DNA from: Catajapyx aquilonaris
Lineage: Eukaryota
Direction: 5' to 3'
DNA length: 64,000 bases
Assembly (NCBI GenBank): GCA_000934665.2
Contig: JYFJ02001079.1
Span: 1-64,000 of the forward strand
Shown in pieces: positions 51,451 to 63,492 of the stretch; position 1 is the first letter of the stretch, and the number at the start of each line of letters is the position of its first letter. The notes under the pieces are model-generated. The model had not been told where the DNA came from, did no database searches, and saw only the letters and a list, made by a program, of their open reading frames with translations. A program made the position numbers and the translations under genes.

Positions 51451-52214
51451 TACTGGAATCCTAGAATCAAATGTTGTCCAAATTGCTCCAGATCGTTCCG
51501 TGTCCGCTGGATTCCCGTATGAACACCCCAGACAATTTCAGCTCCCAGAACCAGCGAAGTGACTAACCCCCGTCGGTGCCTAGGAATTGATTGGTTACCA
51601 GGCGAGAGTTGGGTGGTGGGTGGTGTAAGGGAGGGAGGGCGGGAGGGGGGGGGGAGCTATAATGTGCCGTTGGCAGATATGAATGACTTCTATTATCAGG
51701 CGCGCTTGGCGAGCGCTGAACTTGATCGCCAAACTCATCTTTTCAATCTGGAGAATCAGCGGGACATCGGTCCAATGATGCAAGGCTAACGCGAGGTGGG
51801 GAGAGGCGGGGACGAGGGGGGTGGAGGCGGATTCAATATTATTATTTTTTTGGAGGGTGGGGATTGGTCCCCCTGCCTTTTATTCAAACGCGAGAATCAC
51901 AATGACAGCCATGGACTGGCCTGGATCCAACACAGATGCAGATCAACAATGCGGACCTTTTGGGTGGAATCCGGCTCATAAATAACTCGCTCTTTGTAGG
52001 GGGGGGAAAAAATTTCGTGCTTAGACTGCTCTGTCAGGTTTGCCTGCGATGGATACTCAATCACCGGCGATGTGTTAACGACCCTTCGATGAGATAGATC
52101 TCACTTGCTAATTCGGGTTCAAAATGGAGCGGTTTTGGATGCATTTGTCTTCTTCGTGTCAACAACTGTTCAGAAGAATGGAACGGGCCAGATCTGGCAC
52201 GTACTGGTTAGTAC

Positions 52215-52800
52215 CTTGGGTAATTCCGTCATGCGTTGGATAATTTCGTCATACTTCCAGTAATTACGTCACACATTTGGTAATTTCGTCACGCAGCGGG
52301 TAATTTCGTCATACCTCGGGTAATTTCGCCGTACCTCGGGTAATTCCGTCATACGTTGGATAATTTCGTCCTACTTCGAGTAATTTCGTCACACATCGGG
52401 TAATTCCGTCGTACGTCGGTTAATTCCGTCGTACCTCGGGCAATTCCGTCATACGTCCGTTACTTTCGTCCTTCTTCCAGTAATTACATCGCACATCGGG
52501 TAATTCCGTAATACCTCGGGTAATTCCGTCTTACATCGGGTAATTCCGTCACACATCGGGCAATTACGTCAGACTTCTCGTAATTACGTCACACATCGGA
52601 TAATTCCCTCGGACGTCGGTTAATTTCGTCATACCTCGGGTAATTTCGCCGTACCTCGGGTAATTCCGTCATACGTCGGATAATTTCGTCATACTTCGAG
52701 TAATTTTACATCACACATCGGGTAATTCCGTAGTACCTCGGGTAATTCCGTAGTACCTCGGGTAATTCAGTCACAAATAGTGTAATTCCGTACGTCTTGA
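52215..52800 (+). repeat. 20-bp minisatellite family CGGGTAATTCCGTCATACAT, block 1
   Basis: About 29 diverged units in register. Confidence 0.95.
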
Positions 52801-54574
52801 ATAATTCAGTGTCAGAATTAATCTAATGCGTTCCAGATCGATCTGGATCGTTCCAGATAGAGTCCGGATCAATCTCGTTCCAGATCATGTTATCTGACCT
52901 CCATATAATTGAGATAGGAATCATGCAGGCATGACCCTGGTTGTTTCCAATTGATCCGCGGAAACGATTAGGGTCACGCTCAATTTATTACTAAATGTTA
53001 CATGCAGGTAATGACACTATTTAGCCTCCCCCCCCAGCATGTATCGAAATCCTAGTTCGTTTCCACCATATGCATTAGGTCACATGTTGGGGGCAGTATG
53101 TTGTGTTCAGCTCTCTCTCGCTCTCTATTATGTGAATGTGGGTGTGTGTGTGTGTGTGGACTGCATGTGCTCTGCGCATCTGGTCCACTCAATTAGTCCA
53201 CTATGCTAATTCCATCGGCATCACCTGTCTGGTTGAATTCAAAGTTACGCCCTTTTGAACTCTCCCGTATGAATGACAGTGAACACACACACACACACCC
53301 ATACTCATACATACTGAGCTAGTCCCGGTTTTGAACCTGGTTTCCAAAAAAAGGAAATTTGCTCCAGGCTGGCGGCTGAATGTCCTAATTAGTGGGCCAT
53401 CTACACCTGGAGTGTAAACGTAACGTGAAACTCAGTAACGAGAGTGGTAAGCCGCAAAATCCGGCCAGAGAAATGTGCTTTTCCTCGCCTTTTTTGCAGG
53501 GGTTGGAATGAATGCGTTGTTATTTCCAAACAGGCAAGTTGAAAATCAGTTTTTACCTACTAGTGAAACGTGATCGTAGCTTAAAATCAGACTAGGCACA
53601 AATTTGCCAAAATTTGGCAAAAAATGGCATCGAAGCGACCACCGATGGTGAAGTGCTGAAGTAAGCGAGTCGCCACCCATGAGGTGGAGCCCCGGCTCCC
53701 GGAACGGCGGAAATTGAAATTCCGTGGAAGGACGCGGTCGTTTTTTTAGCGTTTTTTTAGTTTTACAAAGTCCCTCCGCACCTTTTCCAAAAACCAAAAG
53801 AGGTTTGCAAATATAGAAACCACGGGCTAAATTTGGACACCACTCCCAAAGCTGTAGGCCGTACAGTGCGGGAGGAGTTTCCATGACAGTCGGCCGTTAA
53901 TACTGTAATATCGATAGAGCTGCTAACCAACCGGTTACACTTCATCGGAATCTAAAAAACGTTTGTTGCTATTTATTGCGGGTTAAGCTCTGATATCTGT
54001 CCACAGACATACAGACAGAACCGTTCTGTAGGACTTTTTCCGAGAAGGAAAAGTCTTAAAGGTGCGGTTTTCGGATTTTTCTCTAAATCATCAGCACATA
54101 ATCCATCAGTGTGCCAAGTTTTAGCACTCTCAGTAGTCCAGAAGGGAGTTACCCCGGACGTGCATACCAACAAACTTTCCTGTTTATACTATGAGAGACA
54201 AATGTGTATGCAGGGAATGGCGCATAGATAAGACCTATCTATCGGGCATCAGATGAGCAGTCTTCTGAGTAAAGACTACAGCTGGAAGAGGAATTCCTCA
54301 ATTAGGTGAATTATTCCGGGATTTTCCACTCGACTGATCTCCCGCTAGAGTTTTCATTAAAACTAGAGGTTACGTATACATTCCCTCCTCCTCCTCCTCT
54401 CCCCATCTCCCCGATTTCCAACCAACCGCTTCCCTAAATCGCATTTGCCTTCCCTCCTGCTTTTCCATGATCGTTGCACTCATTCCCACCGGAATGTTGA
54501 CGCAACCAGTGTATTTTAAGGGACTCCAAAACTGACGGTATATTCACACGGTCTAACTGGCCGTTTTTTAACGT

Positions 54575-55190
54575 TCTCAACAATGTTTGAAGAGATGGAG
54601 AACTTGAGGTAATTTGGTCATACCGCGGGCAAGTCCGTCAGCATTCCCCAATTCCGTTTGCTACTCTGGTTATTCCATCATATTTCGGGCCATTTCGTCA
54701 TACATCGGGTAATTCCGTCACACCTCGGGGTAAATCAGTCATGAGACTCATGACTCATGTAAATGACTAGGAGTGTTTAGCGGTTCTTAAGGCTCTCAAC
54801 AATGTTTGAAGAGACTGCGAGTTTTGGTGGGGTAGTTTTGTCATACTTCGGGTAATTCCGTCATACATCGGGTAATCCCGACATACATCGGGTAATTCCG
54901 TCATACATCGGGTATTTCCGTCATACATCGGGTAATTCCGTCATACATCGGGTAATTCCGTCATACATCGGGCAAGTTCGTCATACTTTGGGAAAGTACG
55001 TCAAGATTGGGGTAATCCTGTCATACCTAAATTCCGTCGCACATCGGCCAATTTTACCATACTCCGGGCAAGTCCTTCATTCTTCGGGCAAGTCCGTCGT
55101 ACCTTAATACCGTCATACATCGTTCAATTCCGTCATACCTCGGGTAATTCCGTCATGAGTCATGACTCAGGTAAATGACTAGAAGTGTTC
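54575..55190 (+). repeat. Same 20-bp family, two head-array-tail cassettes in tandem
   Basis: Head tctcaacaatgtttgaagaga at 54575 and 54794; tail gtcatgag..tcatgactca.gtaaatgactag at ~54738 and ~55152. Confidence 0.9.
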
Positions 55191-56819
55191 CAGAATATTT
55201 TTCTCTTTCTTTCCGGTAGAGGGCAAAGTTAGAAAATAAGACTTGCGTGGCTTCCCAGGGATGTAGCTGCAGGCCGATGACCAGAGACGCCTGATATCGG
55301 TGTTCGATAAGAAGTGCTCCAGGAAGAGAAGAGAAGAGAGCTTCTTTCTCTTCCCTCCACCAAAAACCTCCCTTTTGCTCAGGCCAAAGGAAAAGGAAAA
55401 GAAGAAGAAGAAGAAAAGTACTGGAAGAACTTTCCTTGCTTGCCTCGAGGTTTTTGCGGATTTTTTTTAGCTACAAAGTACTGGGAGTAACCTGGCTAAA
55501 ACCAGGCCCGATTTTAATGCTTACGTTGGTTTATTCCAGGTGGCAGAGAGGGATTGGAAAAGCACAAGTTTTCGAAGGACAGGATTAACGTGTGGGATGC
55601 ACAAATGTTGGGCGTAACTATTGGGTCCAAGTATTGTCCTAGAACCTAGACTAAAATTTACTAGTAGTGCAGGTCATGACGTAGGTCTACACCTGAACTA
55701 GAGGTGTCAATAAATTTTAATCTTAATGGAAATTTACACTATATCAAAATTAGACAAGATCTAATCTAATTTTGATATTGTGCAAAATGCATTTGATGTT
55801 TCAAAATTATTATTAAAATTTTCTGATATTAATGAAATTTATAAAATTAAATTATTTTGAAGCTATAAAATATGCAATATACAATAATAATAGTAATTAT
55901 AATTAATAAATAAAACAATAAAATGAAACAAAATGAACAGATAAATAATTAAACAAATAATAGAACTAACAAAAATTAAATGAATAATCAATTAAGTATA
56001 TAAATATAATAAAAAAACGCAATAAAAGAAAATTAATTAATTAATTAAAATATGACGATGTAAAATTCATCTTCCTAAAATAAATTGTGCATATTGTTCT
56101 TACGTCCCCAATTTATTTAATGAATTAATTTATATTTTCAAATAAGGCACATATTACTAAATATTCATATCTTCTCCCTCTCTGTCTATTGTTGTTGTCA
56201 CTTTTATAAGAGCCTATCTTTTTGAAGTGAACATTGATTAATTAATTAACTGTAATTGAAATGGACATAATTAAAAGCTGCTTGGTCGACATTGGCCCAC
56301 ACTTTTGCTGACGCCATCGCCAGTCCAATACCATGTCCGCTAATGAAATGACAGGCCGAGTCCAACAATGTGTTTGGCGTCGAGTCATTTCCCTTTGGAA
56401 TGATTTGCCGATAGTGCCCCCCCCCCCCCNNCCCCCCCCCCCCCCTTCCCGTTGCTGTGCTGACCCGTCACAATAAAGCAAGTTGTGTTACACGCACCGA
56501 GTCTCACTTTACTGCGCATTGTCCCAGGGTTTTGTATCGAACTATAGAAGGTAGGGGGTGGAGCAGGGAGGGAGGGAGGGAGGCGTCGTATACTGTATAG
56601 TCAGGATACGATTGCTGCTTCATTAGCATGGAAAGTAGCTCCGGGGAAATGGAAAGTGCACCGAACCTCATCGCTCACAATAAACTTGTCTGGAGAAGTA
56701 ACATCCGCTACTCACTTTCCAGTAACAAAGATGGGTCTGGCCTAGCTCGCCCTCTATTGTTACTGATTGTGAGTTTTCTCAAGCTCTGAGAGTTTAAATT
56801 AAAATTTAGAGACAATGCG

Positions 56820-58440
56820 TAACACCTCGGGTAATTCCGACATACTGTACCTATATCGGGCAAGTCCCTCAAATTTGTGCAATTCCGTGACACATCGGGC
56901 AAGTCCGTCATGGTTCGGGCAGGTCCGTCATACATCGAGCAATTCCGTCACACATTGGTCAATATATTTCGTCATGTGCTGCACATAGGGCAAGTCCGCC
57001 AATATTCGGGCAATTCCGTCACACATCGAGTAATTCCGTCAAGATTCGTGCGATTCCGTCACATCGCGGGTAATACCGTCACATCTCGAGTAATTCCGTC
57101 ACATCTCGGGTAATTCCGTCATTGGCTACTTCGGGTAATTCCGTCATTGGCTACTTCGGGCAAGCAGGGGCGGATTAGCCTTCTTTGCCGCCCTAGGCCA
57201 GTCCTGAAATTGCCGCCCCCGGAAACATCAGTGCAGGCGGGGGGGGGGGGGGACACGGTGNGTCATCGCACCCCCTATACCATGCCAGGGGCGATAGATG
57301 ACGTTCAAAGATAGACGTAGGCTACACCTTGCTCACAGCCATTGCCAAAATCGCGTATTTAATTAAAATGAGAGTTAATTTAAATGAAATATCCTTCAAT
57401 GAAAGAGTAGAACAAGTCGGAAATGGCGGGGAGGAAGCCCGCCGCAGGCGAAATTTTTTCGTTTAAGGTGCTTAGGTGAATGTAACTGACTGGAAGATTT
57501 GAATAGGTGTGTCGGGGTGTGTATTTGACGAAATTGGTACCGTAGCACTTTTTTCATGGAAGTGGAATTACAGAGTAACATGGGGCTGTACGAAATTATG
57601 GTATTTTCTGTGTACCATTATGGTTCATTTGGCACGCCCTACTCGTACCCTTAGGGGAGCCACCTCGCATCTCAAACATTGCCACATCGGGGCCCCCTAG
57701 AAAGTAATTTCAGATTTAGCCCCCCCTCCCTCCCCAAACCGAATGAGCCCGCCTCAGGCGGAATTTTGTTGTTGTTCAAGGTCACACAATCTTAGGTGAA
57801 TGTAGGCTAATAACTGAAAAAGTACAGTGGAAGCCTCCTACACTGTAAGCGCATATATAAGCAAGTAGTAGAAAGACCGATCCCTTCATAAGTTATTTCC
57901 AGCAGTGCCAATGTCGTCGCAAGCGCAGTTGAATCCGGATATAACAGACTTGTCTGCTATTATGTGACTGCACAATCCTTATTCAGAACTGCACATTTGG
58001 CTTTTAGAACTGCACGCTACAGTAAGTCCCGAGAAGTAGTTCTTACCTAATCAGTGCGACTTTTGTCCTGTTTCGAGTCACATAATTTTTGGATTCGCCC
58101 CCCCCCCCCCAGGGGGGCGCGCCCCACAGTTTGAGAACCGCTGCTTTAGCCGTCTGCAGCCTGTAACTGTTTTATTATCTGTCTCCAAAAGCTGTCTGAC
58201 TGGCTCGAAAATACGTGCTAATATAATATGAATAATAATACTGCGTTGCTTAATATATTGATATAATATTGCTTTATTTAAACTTGCCGGTTGCCGCCCT
58301 TCAAAATATGCCGCCCTAGGCCATGGCCTAGTGTGGCCTTACGGGTAATCCGCCCCTGCGGGCAAGTCCGTCATTGGCTACTTCGGGCAAGTCCGTCATA
58401 CTTCGGGCAATTCCGCCATACTTCGATCGGGCAATTCCTA
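56820..58440 (+). repeat. Same 20-bp family, block 3, interrupted by a hAT insertion
   Basis: Units at 56820-57164 resume at 58359-58440 (ccgtcattggctacttcggg on both sides). Confidence 0.9.
57165..58358. mobile_element. Non-autonomous hAT element (1194 bp)
   Basis: TIR CAGGGGCGGATTA ... TAATCCGCCCCTG; 8-bp TSD CGGGCAAG at 57157-57164 and 58359-58366; subterminal TGCCGCCC repeats. Confidence 0.93.
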
Positions 58441-59672
58441 CAGTATGCATCAGGAAGCATGCAGGGGAAGGAATTCATGTACCGCATGAGTGGGCCTATC
58501 CGGGGCGAGTCATCATATGCTCCTCGCACGAACCAGAGAGTGGCATATACGCCATCTACGTGAGGGATCTGGTAATAGAGGTTGGTTGACCGGTTACAGC
58601 GTGTAGTCCTAGAAATAAGCTGGTCAAACAGGCCCTTTGGCAACTGCTATGTCCAAAAGTCCTGAATAAAAAAGGAAAAAAGGACCGGGAATGGCGTCCC
58701 CAAACAGGATTGGAGCGTAGTGCAAATATGGTAATGACATGCGTAGGACTTGCCAAACACAACCTGAACCAGTCCGGTTGTATCCCTCCTACCCCCCTCT
58801 ACTGCCCTCCCGGTGTAAGTATCGCTATTGCCAGATTACGGCGGAGTAATTCCCGAGTCTTTCTAAATAAATCAAGCTTGCTAGGTAGGGGTAGGGTTTT
58901 TGGTCCGAGCCCTGGTTTTGCGAGGGGTTGTGTTTAATATTCATGGCGTCGGACCCCGCTTGGGGCTAACTTTCCGTTCCGTTATTTTCCCTTTTCCCCG
59001 CTTGTCGACAACTGACACACGGGGCTTTTGATGCAAGGGTCTTTTGGAATATGCGAAAACGCTAATTAGCCAGGTATTTAGCTGTTGGCGGGGGGTTGAA
59101 TTGTACGGGTCTTGTTCGTATCAGTACTGAAATGGGGCCAGGCTCTCGGCGTAAATGCTGTTTCAATATGCCTGATAATAATACGCTTCAAGGTCACGAA
59201 ACGCAAGGTGTGCCAATTTTATGGCAATAATGTATAATATTTATTTATGATGCTTCAAATAATATTAAAACGAAGTTAGTAACAAAATGGCGTAGTTAAA
59301 AAAATCATTTCTAAGTAGTTCACACATTGACCTAATTACAGATTCTTTTACGCTCTAACAAGAGTGTATCGATTGTATCGTTTCATACAACCGAACATGT
59401 CGTCCAACTTCCGCGCCTTGCCAACCCCCGTATACGCCATCATGCAAAACTGTTATTTATGAGCTGTAAACAAGTCCATCAAATGAGCATAACCTGCGCG
59501 TTTAATTAGGTTGCTAAAACCTTGATTGGCAACAAACCGTCCTTGAGCACCCGAAACACCTGCATTATTATCGTCTATAGTGATTCGAAAAAGTTATGTT
59601 TATGTGACGGTGAATATAGCTAGGCAACTTTGATATACCAATGTCCAATCATGTATTGGCATGGTAGCCAAC

Positions 59673-59819
59673 TGAACATCACCATATCGTCGTAATATAT
59701 GAAATATGAAAATACCTAAAAATACGAAATATTACAAATGGCGATTGAACATCACCATGTCGTCGTAATATATGAAATATGAAAATACCTAAAAATACGA
59801 AATATTACAAAAATGGCGA
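59673..59819. repeat. 73-bp tandem duplication
   Basis: tgaacatcaccat.tcgtcgtaatatatgaaatatgaaaatacctaaaaatacgaaatattacaaa.tggcga starts at 59673 and 59746. Confidence 0.95.
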
Positions 59820-60659
59820 CTGGAATACTTATGGTGCATTTGCGTGGCCGTCATGGGCGCATTCACACTGATGTCAAATAATCTTTGATCAAATTTTTTG
59901 AAATTTCCATGCACTGTTGCCAATTTTCTCCCAAAAATCATCGGTCTATAACCACCCATTTTTGATTCCATAACCCGAATAAAGTCGCAACTCGAGGGAC
60001 CTGACAAGCTTGGCAAAGAAAATGGCGGCGACAAGGGGCGTAGATCTTCCTTCCACATCAATTCCTGGCGGATTTATAGGTCCCTGGCGTGGGAGGCTGA
60101 GACCAGTGGAAGGAAGACTCGGGCGTGATTAAATGGAGGAAGAAGAAGAAGAAGAGGGGGAAAAAAGAAGGATGGAGGGTGGAAGGGGAGGGAGAGGGAT
60201 ACCCAAGTGCTGCCGCCGGAAAACATCGCTAGACTGAGAGGGGTAGGTAGGGGGAACAATCCAGAGGGGTAGGAGGGCAAAGGAAAAATATCAATATTTG
60301 CCCTGCTCTTGTCCCGCTTGCTCTCGCTCGCTTTCCTTCCAAACGACAGACATGCATTTGCGCTCACTGGAATAACTTTTGCTTCACAACCACTTCAGGG
60401 ACCTAGATGAAAATGGGGGGCTAGTTAGGACTGGAGGGCGCCAGGAGGCGCTGGCCACAAATGGAGAGAAGTAACTGCTCACAAACATGAAAATTAGTCA
60501 CATATGAGAAGTAGCCAACTAGAAACAAAAATATATTCTTATGTATATTATTTTATATTTTATCAGACCTAATTACTTATTTTTATTTGTTTATTTATTT
60601 AATCCATTCGTTTTTATTTTTAGTTGTTTTATTGTTTAATTTGTAGTTATTTTATTTAC

Positions 60660-60790
60660 GGATGCGACCCCGAAATTTTCCTGGGAGGACCGTGGGAAAC
60701 TACAGAAACAGGATAGCCTCCTCCGGGACTCGAACCTAGGACCTCCTGATTAGCAGTCCGCTTTACCCACTCAACCAACCTGCTTCGGCC
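60660..60790 (-). mobile_element. tRNA-derived SINE fragment
   Basis: Minus strand A-box-like TGGTTGAGTGG (60767-60777), B box GGTTCGAGTCC (60726-60736), followed by a non-tRNA body gtttctgtagtttcccacggtcctcccaggaaaatttcgggg; no complete cloverleaf. Confidence 0.78.
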
Positions 60791-61834
60791 TCATTTATTT
60801 ATTTTCATAACAGAAACTTGACAAACTAACAAACTTTGGCTTTATAATAATATATAGATAAGATAGAGCTTGGTATTAAGATGACAGTGAATTCTGGCTT
60901 TCTGATTGGTTGCAGACGACAGATTTTCAGCATATGTTCCTGATCCAAATTTGCGTCCTACAAAGGCACCCTATTTTCGCCCCTCCCCTAAAACTCCGAA
61001 AATATATGGCCCTCTAGTAAACAGGAAGCAAAACTATTCCTATGCAAATTTCACCCTATCCCGGAAAAGGGATTAATCAAATTCACCGGGCCGGAAAACC
61101 GGCCAGGATAATCCTCCAAATCTTGCAAAAGGGGGGGGGGGGGGGCGTAAGTTTACTTTTCGAATCTTTGGAATGAATAACGAGCATTGCTTCCGACTCA
61201 AAATTTTCTCCACACTTTAAAACCATCGAATTTATAGCTAAAATTTTCAGAGGGGGGGGGGGGTCAACGAAACGTCAACGATTTGTATGGCGGCCATTTT
61301 GGTTCCAGGGTTACTTCCTGGGGTGGAAAGTTGGAGCCATCAATTATTGCGGGACTAGAGACAATTAGGAGCGTAGGACGATAGACTATTGAACCCTCCG
61401 GAGTAAAGCTCGGGTAGGGGAAAAAAACAACAGAGGGTCTATAATGCAAGCCTATCTCCGGGGCCTCAAATCACCTCCAACTCTTGAAAACGCTCGTTAG
61501 AATGATTTAAGCGGCGTTTAAAACGGCCGCATTGTTAGCCCTTCCCTCTCTCTTAATTGCGAGGTTGCAAATGGACTTGTCTTTTCATGATCGTTGCTAT
61601 AAATTTGGATCCCCAACTTTCCAAAAAGCGGGTGGAGTGGGAGGGAGGGAGGGTTAAATTATGTACCTGTCTCATGGCAGTGTAAAAACCATTCATTGCT
61701 TGGAACATTCGGTTCTGTAGGGAAGGGTTGTTGATTAGGGATAGCCAAATGTAGGGCTGTTTGGCTGGAAGATTCATAATATGAATCTGCTAGCCGAAAC
61801 ACCCCACATTTGGCTTCATATTATAAGGGTGTAC

Positions 61835-62350
61835 GAGATTCATCATGATTCCTCGATGACTCGATTCGATTCACCCAAAACTCATTCATTACAATTTGTC
61901 CAAGATCCAATGATTCACCATAGATTAATTTATTATTCACCTTAGAGGCGATACTATTCATTATTATCCCCCCCCGCAGATTCAATATTATTTGACCAAT
62001 ATTCAATACTACTTGCCCAATAGTCAGTGATTCATCCAAGATGTCATTATGATTCATCCTAGCTGCAATTTTATTCACTACGATCTCCCCAACATTCAAT
62101 GATTCACCCTACAGATTAAATATGATCTGATTGTGATTAATTATGATTTGACTAACGTAAGAGTCAACGATTCATCTAAGACTCATTATGATTTGCCTAA
62201 AGTCAATGATTCATCAGAGACTCATTATGATTAGCCTGAGTCAATGATTCATCAGAGACTCATTATGATTCACCCTAGATTCAATTTCATTCATTATCAT
62301 TATTTCCTTAAGGTTCAATACGATTTGGCCAAGATTCAATGATTCGCAAG
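61835..62350. repeat. Degenerate ATGATTCA array
   Basis: agtcaatgattcatcagagactcattatgatt repeated at ~62200-62270; many gattca motifs elsewhere. Confidence 0.82.
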
Positions 62351-63397
62351 AAATGGAGATGATTTCTCTCCAATAATTTTTCACGAAAATTTATTGAAGA
62401 TAACAGCTATTAATAGCAGTTATTTTATCCAAAAAATATTTAAAAAATACCCTCCCTGTATTTTCCTGGGTTCATTGATGACACGCCAAAAACCTTTCCG
62501 CGGCTTGTGCAAGCGAGGGTGCATTATTCTTCCCTTATCGGGGGTGGGATAGGGGGGGACCTGCCTGCCATATGTTACACATATTGCACTTTTTGCTGCC
62601 CATTACTTCACTTTCTAATGGGATGCGATTATGTCGGTTTGGTGGGTGTGTGTTTACCCCATAAGCGGTGGCCCCCCTGTTTATATGGTACAGTCTATTC
62701 TTCCTGGTGCCAGATGCCTGTCAGCAAATAAACACATCCGCTCACAACAATCGTGTCAGTGATGTATTGTTACGAGCACTTTTCTGTAGTGCGCCTGTAA
62801 AGTATCCGGCGTGTTTGGCAATAGAGGTGTTTGAGTTGCATAGGAGCCAGGATATGTTTTCATCCATTTTCAGTCCCACCTTTTTTTTCCTTCTCAAACA
62901 TTTTGAAGATGGAAAAAAGTCCTCGAAAAAAAAAATTTCACGAGTGCCACTGAGCTTTTGGGAAGCCCCCTTAGAACGAGGGAGAAGAGGCTTGCCTTTC
63001 CTTTGAGACAAGAAATACAATAACAAGCAGCGTCAATGGCACGGAAATGCAGCTTGGGTTAAAAAAAACTATAGCTATGCCAAGCTAGCTAGTTTTTCCA
63101 AGCCTGCATGCGGTCCACATGGGGATGACTTGATCTGAATTTCAATCTTCCATACACGGTTTGCGGTCTGGTTGGCTCATTTCAAAAAACCGAAGGGGAA
63201 ATTTTTTGGGGTCACGAATAATATTTTTTTCGATTGGATTCGTATCATATTCAGAGCATAGAATTTTTTTTTAAAATGAGAAGCAGGGAATATAGCCAAA
63301 TATATGCCCTATAATAATAGAAAGGTTTATTAGCTGGTATTTCAGGCGTTGTAAAAATTATTAGATGCTAATATCAGGTCGTATACCAAATCGATTG

Positions 63398-63492
63398 TGT
63401 ACGATTAGGTACGAATGTGTACGATTGGGTACGAATGTGTACGATTGGGTACGTATGAGCACGATTGGGTACGTATGAGTACGATTTGGTAC
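63398..63492. repeat. 20-bp GTACGA minisatellite (~4.5 copies)
   Basis: gtacgattgggtacgaatgt units. Confidence 0.9.

Noticed and set aside
53935..54200. Possible further Helitron/DINE-like fragment
   Set aside because: Only cagacatacagacag and a weak terminal resemblance; ends could not be defined.
19460..54325. Partial matches to conserved miRNA 5' ends (miR-124 ~19460, miR-1 ~33751, miR-7 ~50420, iab-8 ~54310)
   Set aside because: Only about 10-11 nt match from recall, with no full mature sequence or precursor hairpin; no miR-10, miR-993 or iab-4 found, so a Hox-cluster identity is not supported directly.
19014..57261. Single N bases in or near poly-C/poly-G runs (~19027, ~56430, 57261)
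   Set aside because: Sequencing or assembly ambiguity at homopolymers, not biology; run lengths are unreliable.
60720..60790. Functional tRNA gene
   Set aside because: Acceptor and anticodon stems cannot be closed; it continues into a SINE-like body.
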